Below, one piece after another: positions 53,824 to 62,821 of a DNA stretch of 64,000 nucleotides. A program made the position numbers and the translations under genes. The notes below the pieces were generated by a model. The model ran no database searches. It was given only the letters and a program-made list of their open reading frames with translations, and was not told the DNA's origin. The DNA comes from an uncultured Candidatus Saccharibacteria bacterium. Lineage in GTDB: Bacteria > Patescibacteriota > Minisyncoccia > 2-02-FULL-40-12 > GWA2-44-9. The stretch lies in assembly GCA_964436165.1 (NCBI GenBank), contig CAYTBY010000001.1, positions 73,452 to 137,451 of the forward strand, in the 5' to 3' direction. Numbering within the stretch: the stretch's first letter is position 1; every line of letters starts with the position of its first letter.

Positions 53824-54447
53824 ATGATTAGTTATCTAGAGGGAAGAATTGAACATTTGGGTGATAAATACGTTATTTTGAGTACGGGCGGCATAGGGTA
53901 TAAGGTAATAGTAGTCCCCAAAGTACTTAATATTTTATCAAATTCAACTCCGCATGTCAACCCCCTTGACGATACCAATAACACAAAGGCAGCCTTTGTA
54001 CGGCTGTTTATTCATTCCCAATTGAATATGCGGGAAGGGACTTTTGATATGTATGGGTTTCAGAATAAAGAAGATTTAGAATTGTTTCACTTATTGACCA
54101 GTGTATCGGGTATCGGGCCCAAAGGGGCGATGAATGTTCTTTCGGTTGTTGAGCCAAAGCATTTGAAGGCGGCGGTGGTCAATGAAGATGCCGCCTATTT
54201 AAAAAGGGTGTCGGGGCTTGGGCCGAAGACGGCCTCGCGGCTTATTCTCGAACTTAAAAACAAAGTTGACCATATTGATATGGGGGATATGAAGGGTGTG
54301 GATTTGGGTCAGGATGGCCAGGCGACGGAGGCTTTGCTTGTTTTGGGTTATAGCGCCGGACAGGCCAAGGAGGCGCTGAAAGAAGCCCGGGGCAAAACAT
54401 TAGAAGAGCGGGTTCGCGAGGCATTGAGGTTGTTGGGAAAAAGGTAA
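53824..54447 (+). CDS. ruvA: Holliday junction DNA helicase RuvA
   Basis: MISYLEGRIEHLGDKYVILSTGGIGYKV…; HhH motifs …SGIGPKGAMNVLS… and …VSGLGPKTASRLILEL. Confidence 0.8.
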   Translation: MISYLEGRIEHLGDKYVILSTGGIGYKVIVVPKVLNILSNSTPHVNPLDDTNNTKAAFVRLFIHSQLNMREGTFDMYGFQNKEDLELFHLLTSVSGIGPKGAMNVLSVVEPKHLKAAVVNEDAAYLKRVSGLGPKTASRLILELKNKVDHIDMGDMKGVDLGQDGQATEALLVLGYSAGQAKEALKEARGKTLEERVREALRLLGKR

Positions 54448-54478
54448 ACTTTTGCTCTCGCAAAAGTTTTAATATTTT

Positions 54479-54808
54479 ATGGATAAAATTAGGAAAATAT
54501 TTTTAAATTCAATCCCTATTTTAGTGATGGTTAGTTTGATTCCGTTAATTTCTAATGATTTTATGCTGATGGGAGTTTTTGGATTGGTGATCGTCGGATC
54601 ATTTTTTATAAAAAGGGGCCAGAATGATTGGATAATATTTATAGCCGGATTTTGCTTAATGATATTTTTTGAATACATTTTTATCCTGACAGGAGTGGAG
54701 GTTTTTTATAGGAATACTTTATTTGGAATAATGCCAATTTGGCTTCCGTTGTTATGGGCATATGGGTTTGTCGCCATAGGCAGAGTTGTTAAAATTTTAG
54801 ATAAGTAA
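54479..54808 (+). CDS. Small membrane protein, hypothetical
   Basis: 109-aa ORF with 3 hydrophobic helices. Confidence 0.4.
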   Translation: MDKIRKIFLNSIPILVMVSLIPLISNDFMLMGVFGLVIVGSFFIKRGQNDWIIFIAGFCLMIFFEYIFILTGVEVFYRNTLFGIMPIWLPLLWAYGFVAIGRVVKILDK

Positions 54809-54810
54809 TA

Positions 54811-55827
54811 ATGAAATCATTCCTACAAACTAAAGAGTGGTTGGAGTTTCAGAAGGAAGTAGGCCACAAGACGTGGCGATTTTCGAATGGCCCTACTTCG
54901 CTAGGAAGCTTCGAAGGGCAAGGAAAAATAACGGCCAATATTATTAAACTGGGTTTGCCTTTGGGCAAGAGTTTTTTATATATACCTCATGGGCCGGAGA
55001 TTGATTTTAATAAGATTCAAAGCGGATTGAAAAATGAACTGGCGAATTTCGTAAAATATTTAAAGGACTTAGCTAAGGCGGAAAAAGCCATTTTTATAAA
55101 AATAGAACCTTTTTCGGACGTAGTCATTGAGCTTTTGCATGTCAAAGGAATGCGCCGGTCATCCAAACAAATCCAGCCGTATAAAACGGTGGTTCTTGAT
55201 TTAAGTTTACCTGAAGAGCATTTACTGGGGAAAATGCATGCTAAGACAAGGTATAATATTAAAGTTGCTGAGAACAACGGCATTGTTGTTAAGGACAGCA
55301 ACGATCTAGATACTTTTTGGAAATTATTAGGCAAGACGACAAAGCGTGATAGATTTGCCAGTCATCCTAAAGTTTATTATAAAAAACTGCTGGAGCATTT
55401 TCCCGCCGAAGGCGGATCCGCCTCTGGCGGAAATGATATGAAAGTCGATTTGGTTATGGCGTACCTGCCCGCCGGACAGGAGGGTCATAACGATCGGGCT
55501 GTGGCCGGAGCAATATTGATGACTTATGGTGATACCTGCTATTATCTTTACGGTGCTTCTGACTATGAGTACAGGTCGGTAATGGCCCCATATGCGCTTC
55601 ACTGGGAGAATATAAAGTATTTGAAAGGTCGAGGTATAAAATACTACGATTTTTGGGGGATTGATGCCCAGAAATGGCCAGGGGTGACGAGATTTAAACT
55701 TGGTTGGCTTGGCTCGCCGAAGTCAGACGAAGGCGGCGGGGGACTAAAAGAATATCCCGGTTCCTTTGATTTAGTTACCTCTAAATTTTGGTATTTTGTT
55801 TATAACATTGCCAGAAAAGTATTTTAG
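54811..55827 (+). CDS. FemAB-family peptidoglycan aminoacyltransferase-like protein
   Basis: N-terminus FLQTKEWLEFQKEVGHKTWRF resembles FemX/FemAB starts. Length and tandem GNAT-fold pattern are consistent. Contains a Gly-rich insert (GGSASGGND) over the DNA palindromes ccgccgaaggcgg/gcggatccgc. Confidence 0.5.
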   Translation: MKSFLQTKEWLEFQKEVGHKTWRFSNGPTSLGSFEGQGKITANIIKLGLPLGKSFLYIPHGPEIDFNKIQSGLKNELANFVKYLKDLAKAEKAIFIKIEPFSDVVIELLHVKGMRRSSKQIQPYKTVVLDLSLPEEHLLGKMHAKTRYNIKVAENNGIVVKDSNDLDTFWKLLGKTTKRDRFASHPKVYYKKLLEHFPAEGGSASGGNDMKVDLVMAYLPAGQEGHNDRAVAGAILMTYGDTCYYLYGASDYEYRSVMAPYALHWENIKYLKGRGIKYYDFWGIDAQKWPGVTRFKLGWLGSPKSDEGGGGLKEYPGSFDLVTSKFWYFVYNIARKVF

Positions 55828-55857
55828 GTGTGTTAATTAAGAAAAGTTGGTAATAAA

Positions 55858-55884
55858 TAACCCCGCCGTGGCGGGGTTATTTAC
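55858..55884. terminator. Bidirectional terminator
   Basis: aaccccgccgtggcggggtt followed by atttac. Confidence 0.55.
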
Positions 55885-55895
55885 GGAAAAAGTAA

Positions 55896-56153
55896 TTAGG
55901 AAAGATGTTTGGAAACGAGTTTGGTCATTTCAAACATGCTGACCGTTGCTTTGCCGCCGAACACCTTTTTGAGGGCTTCGTCAGCGTTGATATTCCTCCT
56001 GTTGACCTTATCCTGAAGGCCTTTGGACTTGATGTAAGCCCACAATTTCTTGACTACTTCCGACCTGGGCATGGGGCCCTGACCGACGACCACAGCTAGA
56101 TCCGAGCTGATGTTCATTGGCTTCATGAACGCAGCATTTGGTTTTCTTGCCAT
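55896..56153 (-). CDS. SWIB/MDM2 domain protein
   Basis: …MPRSEVVKKLWAYIKSKGLQDKVNRRNINADEALKKVFGGKATVSMFEMTKLVSKHL matches the SWIB domain pattern. Confidence 0.65.
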   Translation of the reverse strand: MARKPNAAFMKPMNISSDLAVVVGQGPMPRSEVVKKLWAYIKSKGLQDKVNRRNINADEALKKVFGGKATVSMFEMTKLVSKHLS

Positions 56154-56365
56154 ATGATTTATCGAAGTCACTTCAAAATCCTGTATTTTAAAGAGGACCT
56201 CAATGCGACTTCTTAGTTAGTTATTTATTTAGGCACCTTGCCTTTAAATAAACATACTATAATTTTTTACAAATTACCATACCCCCCCCTTTGTTCGGTT
56301 TTACGTTGGCATTTTTTACGGTGTTAATATAAGATCTATGTAATAGCTTTTTAACATTAATATGG

Positions 56366-57064
56366 ATGGATATGAGTGCATTCTTGAGATTCTGTTTGAA
56401 GTTTATAACCTCTTCTTTTGAATATTGTTTAAATTTGTTCAATCTTGCGGCTAGTGCCGTGTTCAGAGGTGATGGTGTTCATCGGGGAAACGGTCAGCCG
56501 GTACTTCTTATTCCGGGTTTCTTAATCGGAGATATTTCAATGGCCGTAATTAAATTTTGGCTTAAGAGAATGGGTTATTCAGCCTATCCCTCCAACGCTT
56601 CGGTAATGGGAGCTTGTCCGTATAAAACCGCTCAATGTCTTGAGCAAAAACTCGATGATATTTATCATAGAACTGGCCAGCCGGTCATTGTTATTGGCTA
56701 TAGTTTGGGAGGAGCAATAGCTCGTTTTCTTGCCCGTAAGTATCCGGCAAAGGTAGGTCAGGTTATTACGATAGGTACGCCCCCGTTATCCGATATCAAG
56801 GTTGATCCGTTTCTTTATAAGCTTTTTCAGAAGTTCAATCCGGAATGTATTAGTCGTTGCGATTGCGAAATGGTCAGAGGGCTTAGAAATCCAAATCCAG
56901 TTTTTGAAACACTTGTCTACTCTAAAGACGATGAAACTGTTTTGTCTGCTGTTTCGGAGGTTGTCACTAATGGAAGTTATCACCAAGTTTCTGGTTCTCA
57001 CGGTGGATTAGTGGTTAATCCCGAAGTTTATAAAATCATTGCCCTATGTTTAAGCCGTTCATAA
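56366..57064 (+). CDS. Lipase/esterase-like alpha/beta hydrolase
   Basis: Nucleophile elbow GYSLGG; …LIPGFLIGD…; start uncertain. Confidence 0.5.
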   Translation: MDMSAFLRFCLKFITSSFEYCLNLFNLAASAVFRGDGVHRGNGQPVLLIPGFLIGDISMAVIKFWLKRMGYSAYPSNASVMGACPYKTAQCLEQKLDDIYHRTGQPVIVIGYSLGGAIARFLARKYPAKVGQVITIGTPPLSDIKVDPFLYKLFQKFNPECISRCDCEMVRGLRNPNPVFETLVYSKDDETVLSAVSEVVTNGSYHQVSGSHGGLVVNPEVYKIIALCLSRS

Positions 57065-57077
57065 AAACGGCTTTTTG

Positions 57078-57106
57078 TTGACTTTTATTCTATTCTTGAG
57101 TATAAT
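57078..57106 (+). promoter_or_regulatory. Consensus sigma70 promoter producing a probable leaderless helicase mRNA
   Basis: TTGACT, then 17 nt, then TATAAT. The ATG at 57112 lies 6 nt after the -10; no SD. Confidence 0.5.
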
Positions 57107-57111
57107 ACATT

Positions 57112-58323
57112 ATGACACAAACATCTGGCCGCCGGGGTTTTAATGACCTTGGCATTTCTCCGGAATTCTTAAAAATTCTCGAGCAAAATAATTTTACTGT
57201 TCCGACGCCCATCCAACACCAGGCTATTAAGCCGGCGATGGAGGGTAAAGATATTGTCGGCATTGCCCAGACTGGAACGGGGAAAACTCTGGCTTTTGGC
57301 TTGCCGTTGCTCCAGCGTCTTCGAGGCGGAAATGGAATCGGTCTTATTCTTTTGCCAACTCGCGAGCTTGCCATTCAGGCCGACGAAATGCTACAGAAAA
57401 TCGGCCGTTCTCTTGGATTAGCAACCGCTGTTCTTATAGGCGGTGAATCGATGGGAAGGCAGTTAATGGCCTTGCGCCGCCGGCCCAATATAATCATTGC
57501 TACCCCTGGCCGTTTGGTTGATCATCTTGAACAGGGGAATTTAAAATTAGACCTGGTCCGGATAATTGTTTTAGATGAAGCCGATCGGATGCTTGATATA
57601 GGTTTTGCTCCTCAAATAAGAAAAATATTTTGTTTTGTTCCTGCTCAGCGCCAGACAATGCTTTTTTCTGCAACCATGCCCGCCGAGATAGTAGGAATTG
57701 CCGCTGAATATATGGCCTCGCCGGTTCGAGTTGAAGTTGCTCCGTCCGGAACTCCGGCTGAACTTGTGGATCAGGAAATATTTTTAGTAAAGAAAGAAGA
57801 AAGGGTAATGCTTCTAGGAAAAATTTTGGATGAGAATAAGGGGACAGTATTAGTTTTTGCCCGGACAAGACATGGGGCTCGCAAGATTTGTTCTGCTATC
57901 CGGAGCATGGGCCACAAAGTTGCCGAGATACACTCTGACCGTTCACTCGGCCAGCGCAAAGAAGCTCTAGCCGGATTTAAATCCGGTGTTTACCGGATTC
58001 TTGTGGCAACCGATATTGCCGCCAGGGGCATTGATGTAAAGAATATCCAACTTGTACTAAATTTTGATTTGCCCGATAATACTCAGGATTATGTTCATCG
58101 TATTGGCCGGACCGGCCGGGCCGGCGAAGAGGGCCGGGCGATATCGTTTGCCATGCCCGATCAAAGACGGGATGTCCGTGATATCGAACGTCTTATTCGC
58201 AAGGAAATTCCCGTTACTCCCCATGGTGATCAGCCGGTATCATTTGATACTCCCGCTGTCCGAAGTTTCGGTCCTAACAGACATTTGCGCCAAAGTCCTC
58301 GTCGTTGGCGCCGTCTCCGCTAA
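57112..58323 (+). CDS. DEAD-box ATP-dependent RNA helicase
   Basis: Q motif, AQTGTGKT, DEAD (VLDEADRML), SAT, HRIGRTGRAG. Confidence 0.85.
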   Translation: MTQTSGRRGFNDLGISPEFLKILEQNNFTVPTPIQHQAIKPAMEGKDIVGIAQTGTGKTLAFGLPLLQRLRGGNGIGLILLPTRELAIQADEMLQKIGRSLGLATAVLIGGESMGRQLMALRRRPNIIIATPGRLVDHLEQGNLKLDLVRIIVLDEADRMLDIGFAPQIRKIFCFVPAQRQTMLFSATMPAEIVGIAAEYMASPVRVEVAPSGTPAELVDQEIFLVKKEERVMLLGKILDENKGTVLVFARTRHGARKICSAIRSMGHKVAEIHSDRSLGQRKEALAGFKSGVYRILVATDIAARGIDVKNIQLVLNFDLPDNTQDYVHRIGRTGRAGEEGRAISFAMPDQRRDVRDIERLIRKEIPVTPHGDQPVSFDTPAVRSFGPNRHLRQSPRRWRRLR

Positions 58324-58475
58324 GCTCTTATTTTAAACTGTAAGTTTTTGACTTTTCATTCGTCTTTTAAAATAGTAAGGTAATTTATAATAAACTTTTA
58401 CGTTTGGCTATGTTCAAGGCCTAAAAGCCTTTTTGGGCAGGAGTTGAATTAAGCCAAGGTAAGGAAGGCAATAAA

Positions 58476-59321
58476 TTGTATAAATCGAAATCATTAATAA
58501 CGCTAGTTATCGGCGGCGTTCTTATGGTCGGTGTCGCCTTAGGTTCTTATATGTCAAGCGGATCGGTTCCGTTTGCTTTTGCCCATGATGATGACGATGA
58601 TGAGCAAAAAGTAGATAAAGAAGTTCTAGAGCAGTTATATTTGGCCGCTTTCGGCAGGCCGGTTGATGAGAATGGCAAGAAGTTCCATCTTGGTAAAAAT
58701 TTGAAACAAGTTTTAAGAGACATCAATAGCTCCGAAGAGCGAAGATACTATTCGGCTTTATTTAAGGCCGTAAAGGCCTATGAAGAAGCGGTGCGAGCGC
58801 CAGGTGATTTGAGCGCGGCTGATAAACAGAAATATCTTGATGCTATCAATACGGCTCTTGCAACTTTACTAGCCTGGGTTGAGACATTGCCTCAACAGCA
58901 CATTTGTAATGGAGTGGTCGGAATTATGGAGGCCCGTCAAGCTATTCAGGATGCGTATGATCGTATGAGCCCCACTGCCCAAGCTGCATCTCGAAAAGGA
59001 ATTTTCAATGCCCTGAAGCATATCGGTGGTCCTAAGAATATTGATTTACCGTTTAAGCGTTGTATAGATCCAAGCCCAACCCCGTCCCCATCTGTAAGCC
59101 CGACACCTTCAGTAACACCAACCCCAAGTGTAACTCCAACCCCGAGTGTAACCCCAACACCGAGTGCAACTCCAACCCCGACTCCTTCTGCAACTCCCAC
59201 TCCCACTCCCACGCCCTCCGCAACTCCCACCCCGACACCCGAAGTAACCCCGACTCCCACTCCGTCAGCTACCCCAACCCCGACTCCATCAGTCACTCCG
59301 ACTCCGACCCCTACTCCGTAA
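58476..59321 (+). CDS. Secreted protein with C-terminal Pro/Thr/Ser-rich tandem-repeat tail
   Basis: TTG start with RBS aaggaagg. Signal-like N-terminus. C-terminal (PTPS[VA]T)n for about 80 aa. Confidence 0.5.
   Translation: MYKSKSLITLVIGGVLMVGVALGSYMSSGSVPFAFAHDDDDDEQKVDKEVLEQLYLAAFGRPVDENGKKFHLGKNLKQVLRDINSSEERRYYSALFKAVKAYEEAVRAPGDLSAADKQKYLDAINTALATLLAWVETLPQQHICNGVVGIMEARQAIQDAYDRMSPTAQAASRKGIFNALKHIGGPKNIDLPFKRCIDPSPTPSPSVSPTPSVTPTPSVTPTPSVTPTPSATPTPTPSATPTPTPTPSATPTPTPEVTPTPTPSATPTPTPSVTPTPTPTP
59071..59318 (+). repeat. Coding tandem repeat (about 18-nt units) encoding the PT-rich linker
   Basis: ccaaccccgagtgtaactccaaccccgagtgtaacccc… repeated, degenerate. Confidence 0.7.
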
Positions 59322-59381
59322 TCAGATTTAAACTAAAAAACCATGTCTAGTCAGGCGTGGTTTTTAGGTTTAAAATAAAAG

Positions 59382-59588
59382 ATGCGGTATATAGTCAAGG
59401 TTAAATTAAATAAGGATTTTGTCGAGGTAAATGGCGACGAGATAACTGTCGGTATAAAGGCAAAACTGGAGAAGGGGAGGGCCAATGAGGAATTAATAAA
59501 AAAACTGGCTAGGTACTTTAAGATACCAGCTTCGTCGGTCAAAATTGTCTCCGGCCGGACATCCAGGAGAAAGGTGATTAGCTTCTAA
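59382..59588 (+). CDS. DUF167/YggU-family protein
   Basis: IVKVKLNKDFVEVNGDEITVGIKAKLEKGRANEELIKKLARYFKIPASSVKIVSGRTSRRK matches the YggU pattern (…GkAN.alI.fLak.l.v..s.v.i.sG.tsR.K). Confidence 0.6.
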   Translation: MRYIVKVKLNKDFVEVNGDEITVGIKAKLEKGRANEELIKKLARYFKIPASSVKIVSGRTSRRKVISF

Positions 59589-59670
59589 TTAATTGCCCAC
59601 AGGTATGATGTTGCCTTATTGTATTGGTTTGTTATAACGAGGTACGAGGTAAAAATAACTTTATATAACC

Positions 59671-60084
59671 ATGCCAAAAGAAACAATCGAAACGACGAAG
59701 TCGGCTAAAAAAACCAAGGCCTATCTTATGGTTCTCTTGATCGGAGTGGCTTTGACGGTCTGGTCAGTATTTTTTAAAAATAAGAATAGCGATAATGAGT
59801 TAGTCGGGAACAAAGAGATGTCAGACGAAGAAGGAGAAGATAGCGATTTGGGCAGCGAGGTGAGCAGTTATCTGGAAGGCAGGCTTGAGAATTCGGATAA
59901 TCTGGTGCAGGGTAATTATAAACTCATGTCGGCGCTTTCCCGTATTTATATAAAAACAAGCAGGGATTTTAGTTCTTTGGTTGGTTCTGATGTCCTTGTT
60001 ACCATTGATGGCTCAACGGAAAGTTTTACCCTCCTGAATATAGAAAAAAGAGTCGAGAAGGACGGCTATATTCAGTCGCGGTAA
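59671..60084 (+). CDS. Membrane-anchored hypothetical protein
   Basis: N-terminal TM LMVLLIGVALTVWSVFF; acidic linker. Confidence 0.4.
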   Translation: MPKETIETTKSAKKTKAYLMVLLIGVALTVWSVFFKNKNSDNELVGNKEMSDEEGEDSDLGSEVSSYLEGRLENSDNLVQGNYKLMSALSRIYIKTSRDFSSLVGSDVLVTIDGSTESFTLLNIEKRVEKDGYIQSR

Positions 60085-60091
60085 TCCCTCA

Positions 60092-60465
60092 ATAAAAAAA
60101 GCCCTCATCTATAGCTTCAAAAGCTAAAACTATAGATGAAGGCGGGAGAGATGAAACTCTCCCGTTGCTGGGGCGTTTAGGTCCCAGCTACCCACCGCCG
60201 GAAGGGTTGTTAACGCATAACCATCGCCACCTTTCTGATCGGCCGGACAAGCTATGAATGAGCTATCCGGGAAGCGCCCATTTGGCCTCGGCTTTTGGTA
60301 CTTGCTTATTTTTTAGGCGGACCTCTTGATCTGGCCACGTGAAATCCATTCGCGTAGCCCGTCCCGCGACATTGCGAGGACCGGGAATGTTGAGCCAGTC
60401 GGGGCTCAGAAAAGGTCTCTTCTGCTTATAGCAGTTTCGTGAGACCTTTTCTGAGCCTCTATTTG
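60092..60465 (-). ncRNA. Candidate structured non-coding RNA of about 375 nt (identity unresolved)
   Basis: No ORF of at least 60 codons. 17-bp perfect stem ggctcagaaaaggtctc/gagaccttttctgagcc with a nested ctgc-ttata-gcag. Further perfect hairpins: cgggagag/ctctcccg, gctggg/cccagc, gtcc…ggac. At the low-coordinate end, a hairpin plus U-run that is a terminator only on the minus strand. Confidence 0.3.
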
Positions 60466-60558
60466 TATCACAGGAAATTGACGTTATTTAAAGTATACCA
60501 TACTACATATTATCTGTCAATAGCTAAAATGGCCCAGAATATGCTATAAATTAAGTAA

Positions 60559-62016
60559 ATGCTCAAAGAAAGTAGTTTAGACAAAATACTTTATAGAGTC
60601 AAGAAGCTGATTCCGGGATCAGTTTTTAATTTTTTTCAGCCGTATTATCACGCTGTCTTAGCTTATGCCGGTGCGGCTTTTTACGGTTTTCCGTCAAGAA
60701 AATTAAAAGTTATTGGTGTGACCGGAACAAAAGGCAAGTCAACCGTTGTTTATCTGGCTTCTAAATTATTAGAAGCCAGGCTTCAAGGTGGACAGAAGCC
60801 TGGCTTCGGGAAGAGTGGAGTCGCCGCTTGCGGTTCCCTTGGTTTTAAAATAAAGAGTAAGGAATGGCCAAATACTTTAAAAATGACTATGCCCGGCCGG
60901 TTTCGTCTGCAGAAACTCATGGCCGAAGCGGTTAGGGCCGGCTGTGAATACTTTATTCTTGAAGTTACCTCCGAGGGCATCAAACAGAAAAGGCATTTGG
61001 GTATTTGGTTTGATTGCGCCGTTTTTACCAATCTTCACAAAGAACATATTGAAAGCCACGGTTCATTCGAGAATTATTATCAGGCCAAGCAGGAATTATT
61101 CAGGCGGACAAAAAATATCCATGTTATCAATGCCGATGACCAGTATACCAAATTATTAGGTGATTTTCCGGCTGAACATAAAATATTTTACGGTTTTACC
61201 AAAGGTGACTTGGTTGCCGGTAATTTAAAACTTTCTGATCTCGGTTCTTCTTTTGAGGTTTATGGTACGACTTATAATATCCACCTGGCCGGGAAGTTTA
61301 ATATTTTAAATTGTCTGGCTGTTTTATCGATCGGCGCGATGTATGGCATAGATCTGCCCTCGGCAAAACATATACTAGAATCAGTCAAATTTATCCCTGG
61401 CAGAATGGAGTTTATCCCTGCCTTCGTTAAAACTTCGGCGGGCGAGCAAAAAGAACCGTTCAAGGTGGTGGTGGATTATGCACATACACCCGAGTCGTTA
61501 CGAAGTGTTTATGAAACGTTAAAAAATAGTCCTCTTTCGCGCAAGGCTTCGGAGGACGCCCAAAATACAAAACGTAAGCTTATATGTATTTTGGGCGCTG
61601 CCGGGGGCGGGAGGGACAAGTGGAAGAGGCCGGAGTTTGGGAGAATAGCGGCGCAGTACTGTGATGAAATAATTCTGACGAATGAAGACCCCTATGAAGA
61701 AAACCCAGAAGCAATTCTGGAAGAAATTGCTTCTGGGTTTTCGCAAGCGCCAAATCACAAATCATCCCGATTTTATCGAGGATCCTCGATTGCAAAGCAA
61801 TCGGGACAAATCACAAATAAATCCCAAGCTCCAAATGTCCAAAAAATTATGGATAGAAAAGAAGCCATAAAGAAGGCCTTGACTTTAGCTCAAGAGGGTG
61901 ATACTGTAATCATCACGGGCAAAGGTTCGGAGACTTCAATGGCCGTATCGGGGAATAGGAAAATTCCCTGGTCGGACAAGGGAGTTATTGAGGAGTTTTT
62001 GACGACGAAATACTGA
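60559..62016 (+). CDS. Mur ligase family protein (MurE-like)
   Basis: VIGVTGTKGKSTV (P-loop), …DYAHTPESL…; carries two in-frame repeat insertions (61529-61558 and 61751-61818). Confidence 0.7.
   Translation: MLKESSLDKILYRVKKLIPGSVFNFFQPYYHAVLAYAGAAFYGFPSRKLKVIGVTGTKGKSTVVYLASKLLEARLQGGQKPGFGKSGVAACGSLGFKIKSKEWPNTLKMTMPGRFRLQKLMAEAVRAGCEYFILEVTSEGIKQKRHLGIWFDCAVFTNLHKEHIESHGSFENYYQAKQELFRRTKNIHVINADDQYTKLLGDFPAEHKIFYGFTKGDLVAGNLKLSDLGSSFEVYGTTYNIHLAGKFNILNCLAVLSIGAMYGIDLPSAKHILESVKFIPGRMEFIPAFVKTSAGEQKEPFKVVVDYAHTPESLRSVYETLKNSPLSRKASEDAQNTKRKLICILGAAGGGRDKWKRPEFGRIAAQYCDEIILTNEDPYEENPEAILEEIASGFSQAPNHKSSRFYRGSSIAKQSGQITNKSQAPNVQKIMDRKEAIKKALTLAQEGDTVIITGKGSETSMAVSGNRKIPWSDKGVIEEFLTTKY
61751..61818 (+). 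mobile_element. MITE-like element inserted in frame in the Mur ligase gene: 12-bp direct repeats flanking a 40-bp palindromic core
   Basis: caaatcacaaat | cat-cccgatt-ttATCGAGGATCCTCGATtgcaaagc-aatcggg-a | caaatcacaaat. Encodes HKSSRFYRGSSIAKQSGQITNK between duplicated SQAPN. Confidence 0.6.
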
Positions 62017-62125
62017 GGTCAGCAGACCGAATGTATCCGTGAACTTTTATCTCATTTAAATTGACGATTAAACTCGGAAGGAGTATTATCTCTTCAGCAT
62101 CTGTTCTTTAAAAGGGGATTAATTA

Positions 62126-62770
62126 TTGCTGATAACGGAAGATCTGTCCCTAGATCAAATCCGAAAAAAGTACGGCAAGGCATTCCCCGGGACCAGTCCC
62201 CATCACTTAGTTCCGAGAAGTAGAAATGGAAGCGGAAGTCAGTTCAATCTTTTTCCATATAAACGAGATGCCCATTCTGCCTATCATCACATTTTCTATA
62301 ACTTAAAAATTGATGAGGTTTGGAATAATCTTTCTCAAATCCATAATTCAATATTTAGTTCCGGCAATATATATATTTACCAATGGTGGATAGCTCCTTG
62401 TTCACTTGATAGGGCAGAAGATAAAGAAAGACAAGAGTTCGAAAAACAGAAACAAAAAAGAATAAATAAATTACTGCCAGCTTCTGATTTTAAGAAAAAA
62501 TGGATTAAGTGTTTCGGCAATGATTCATTGGATCATGCCAGGGTATATCTTAAATACATGATGCTCTTTATGGTTTTTGGCGTAAATATGATTAGTCCGG
62601 ATCAGCTTTTTGATAATGGTAATTTAGCAGAATTTTTTGAAACTTCTTCGTCGAAAGGCTATCGCTTATGGGCATTTGAGATATGCTTTGGGAAAAATTA
62701 TCCCAAGGTCCAAACTATTAAAGCTAAGATAAGGAAAATAATAAAAAAAGCTACCCACTCCTCTCCATAA
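62126..62770 (+). CDS. HNH endonuclease domain protein with C-terminal extension of unknown function
   Basis: TTG start with RBS aaagggga. HHLVPRSRNGSGSQFNLFPYKRDAHSAYHHIF fits the HNH pattern HH…P…GG…N…H…H. Confidence 0.5.
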   Translation: MLITEDLSLDQIRKKYGKAFPGTSPHHLVPRSRNGSGSQFNLFPYKRDAHSAYHHIFYNLKIDEVWNNLSQIHNSIFSSGNIYIYQWWIAPCSLDRAEDKERQEFEKQKQKRINKLLPASDFKKKWIKCFGNDSLDHARVYLKYMMLFMVFGVNMISPDQLFDNGNLAEFFETSSSKGYRLWAFEICFGKNYPKVQTIKAKIRKIIKKATHSSP

Positions 62771-62821
62771 CGGAGAGTTTTTATTTTTTAACTTTCTGTG
62801 ATAAAATGACCCCATACGCTG

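Noticed and set aside
60092-60465. Assignment of the structured region to RNase P RNA, tmRNA or SRP RNA
   Set aside because: By eye I could not find the P4 GGAAAGUCCGG/ACAGAANCCGGCUUA pair, a tag-peptide reading frame with tRNA-like termini, or the SRP domain-IV motif. Left as an unassigned ncRNA candidate pending a covariance-model search.
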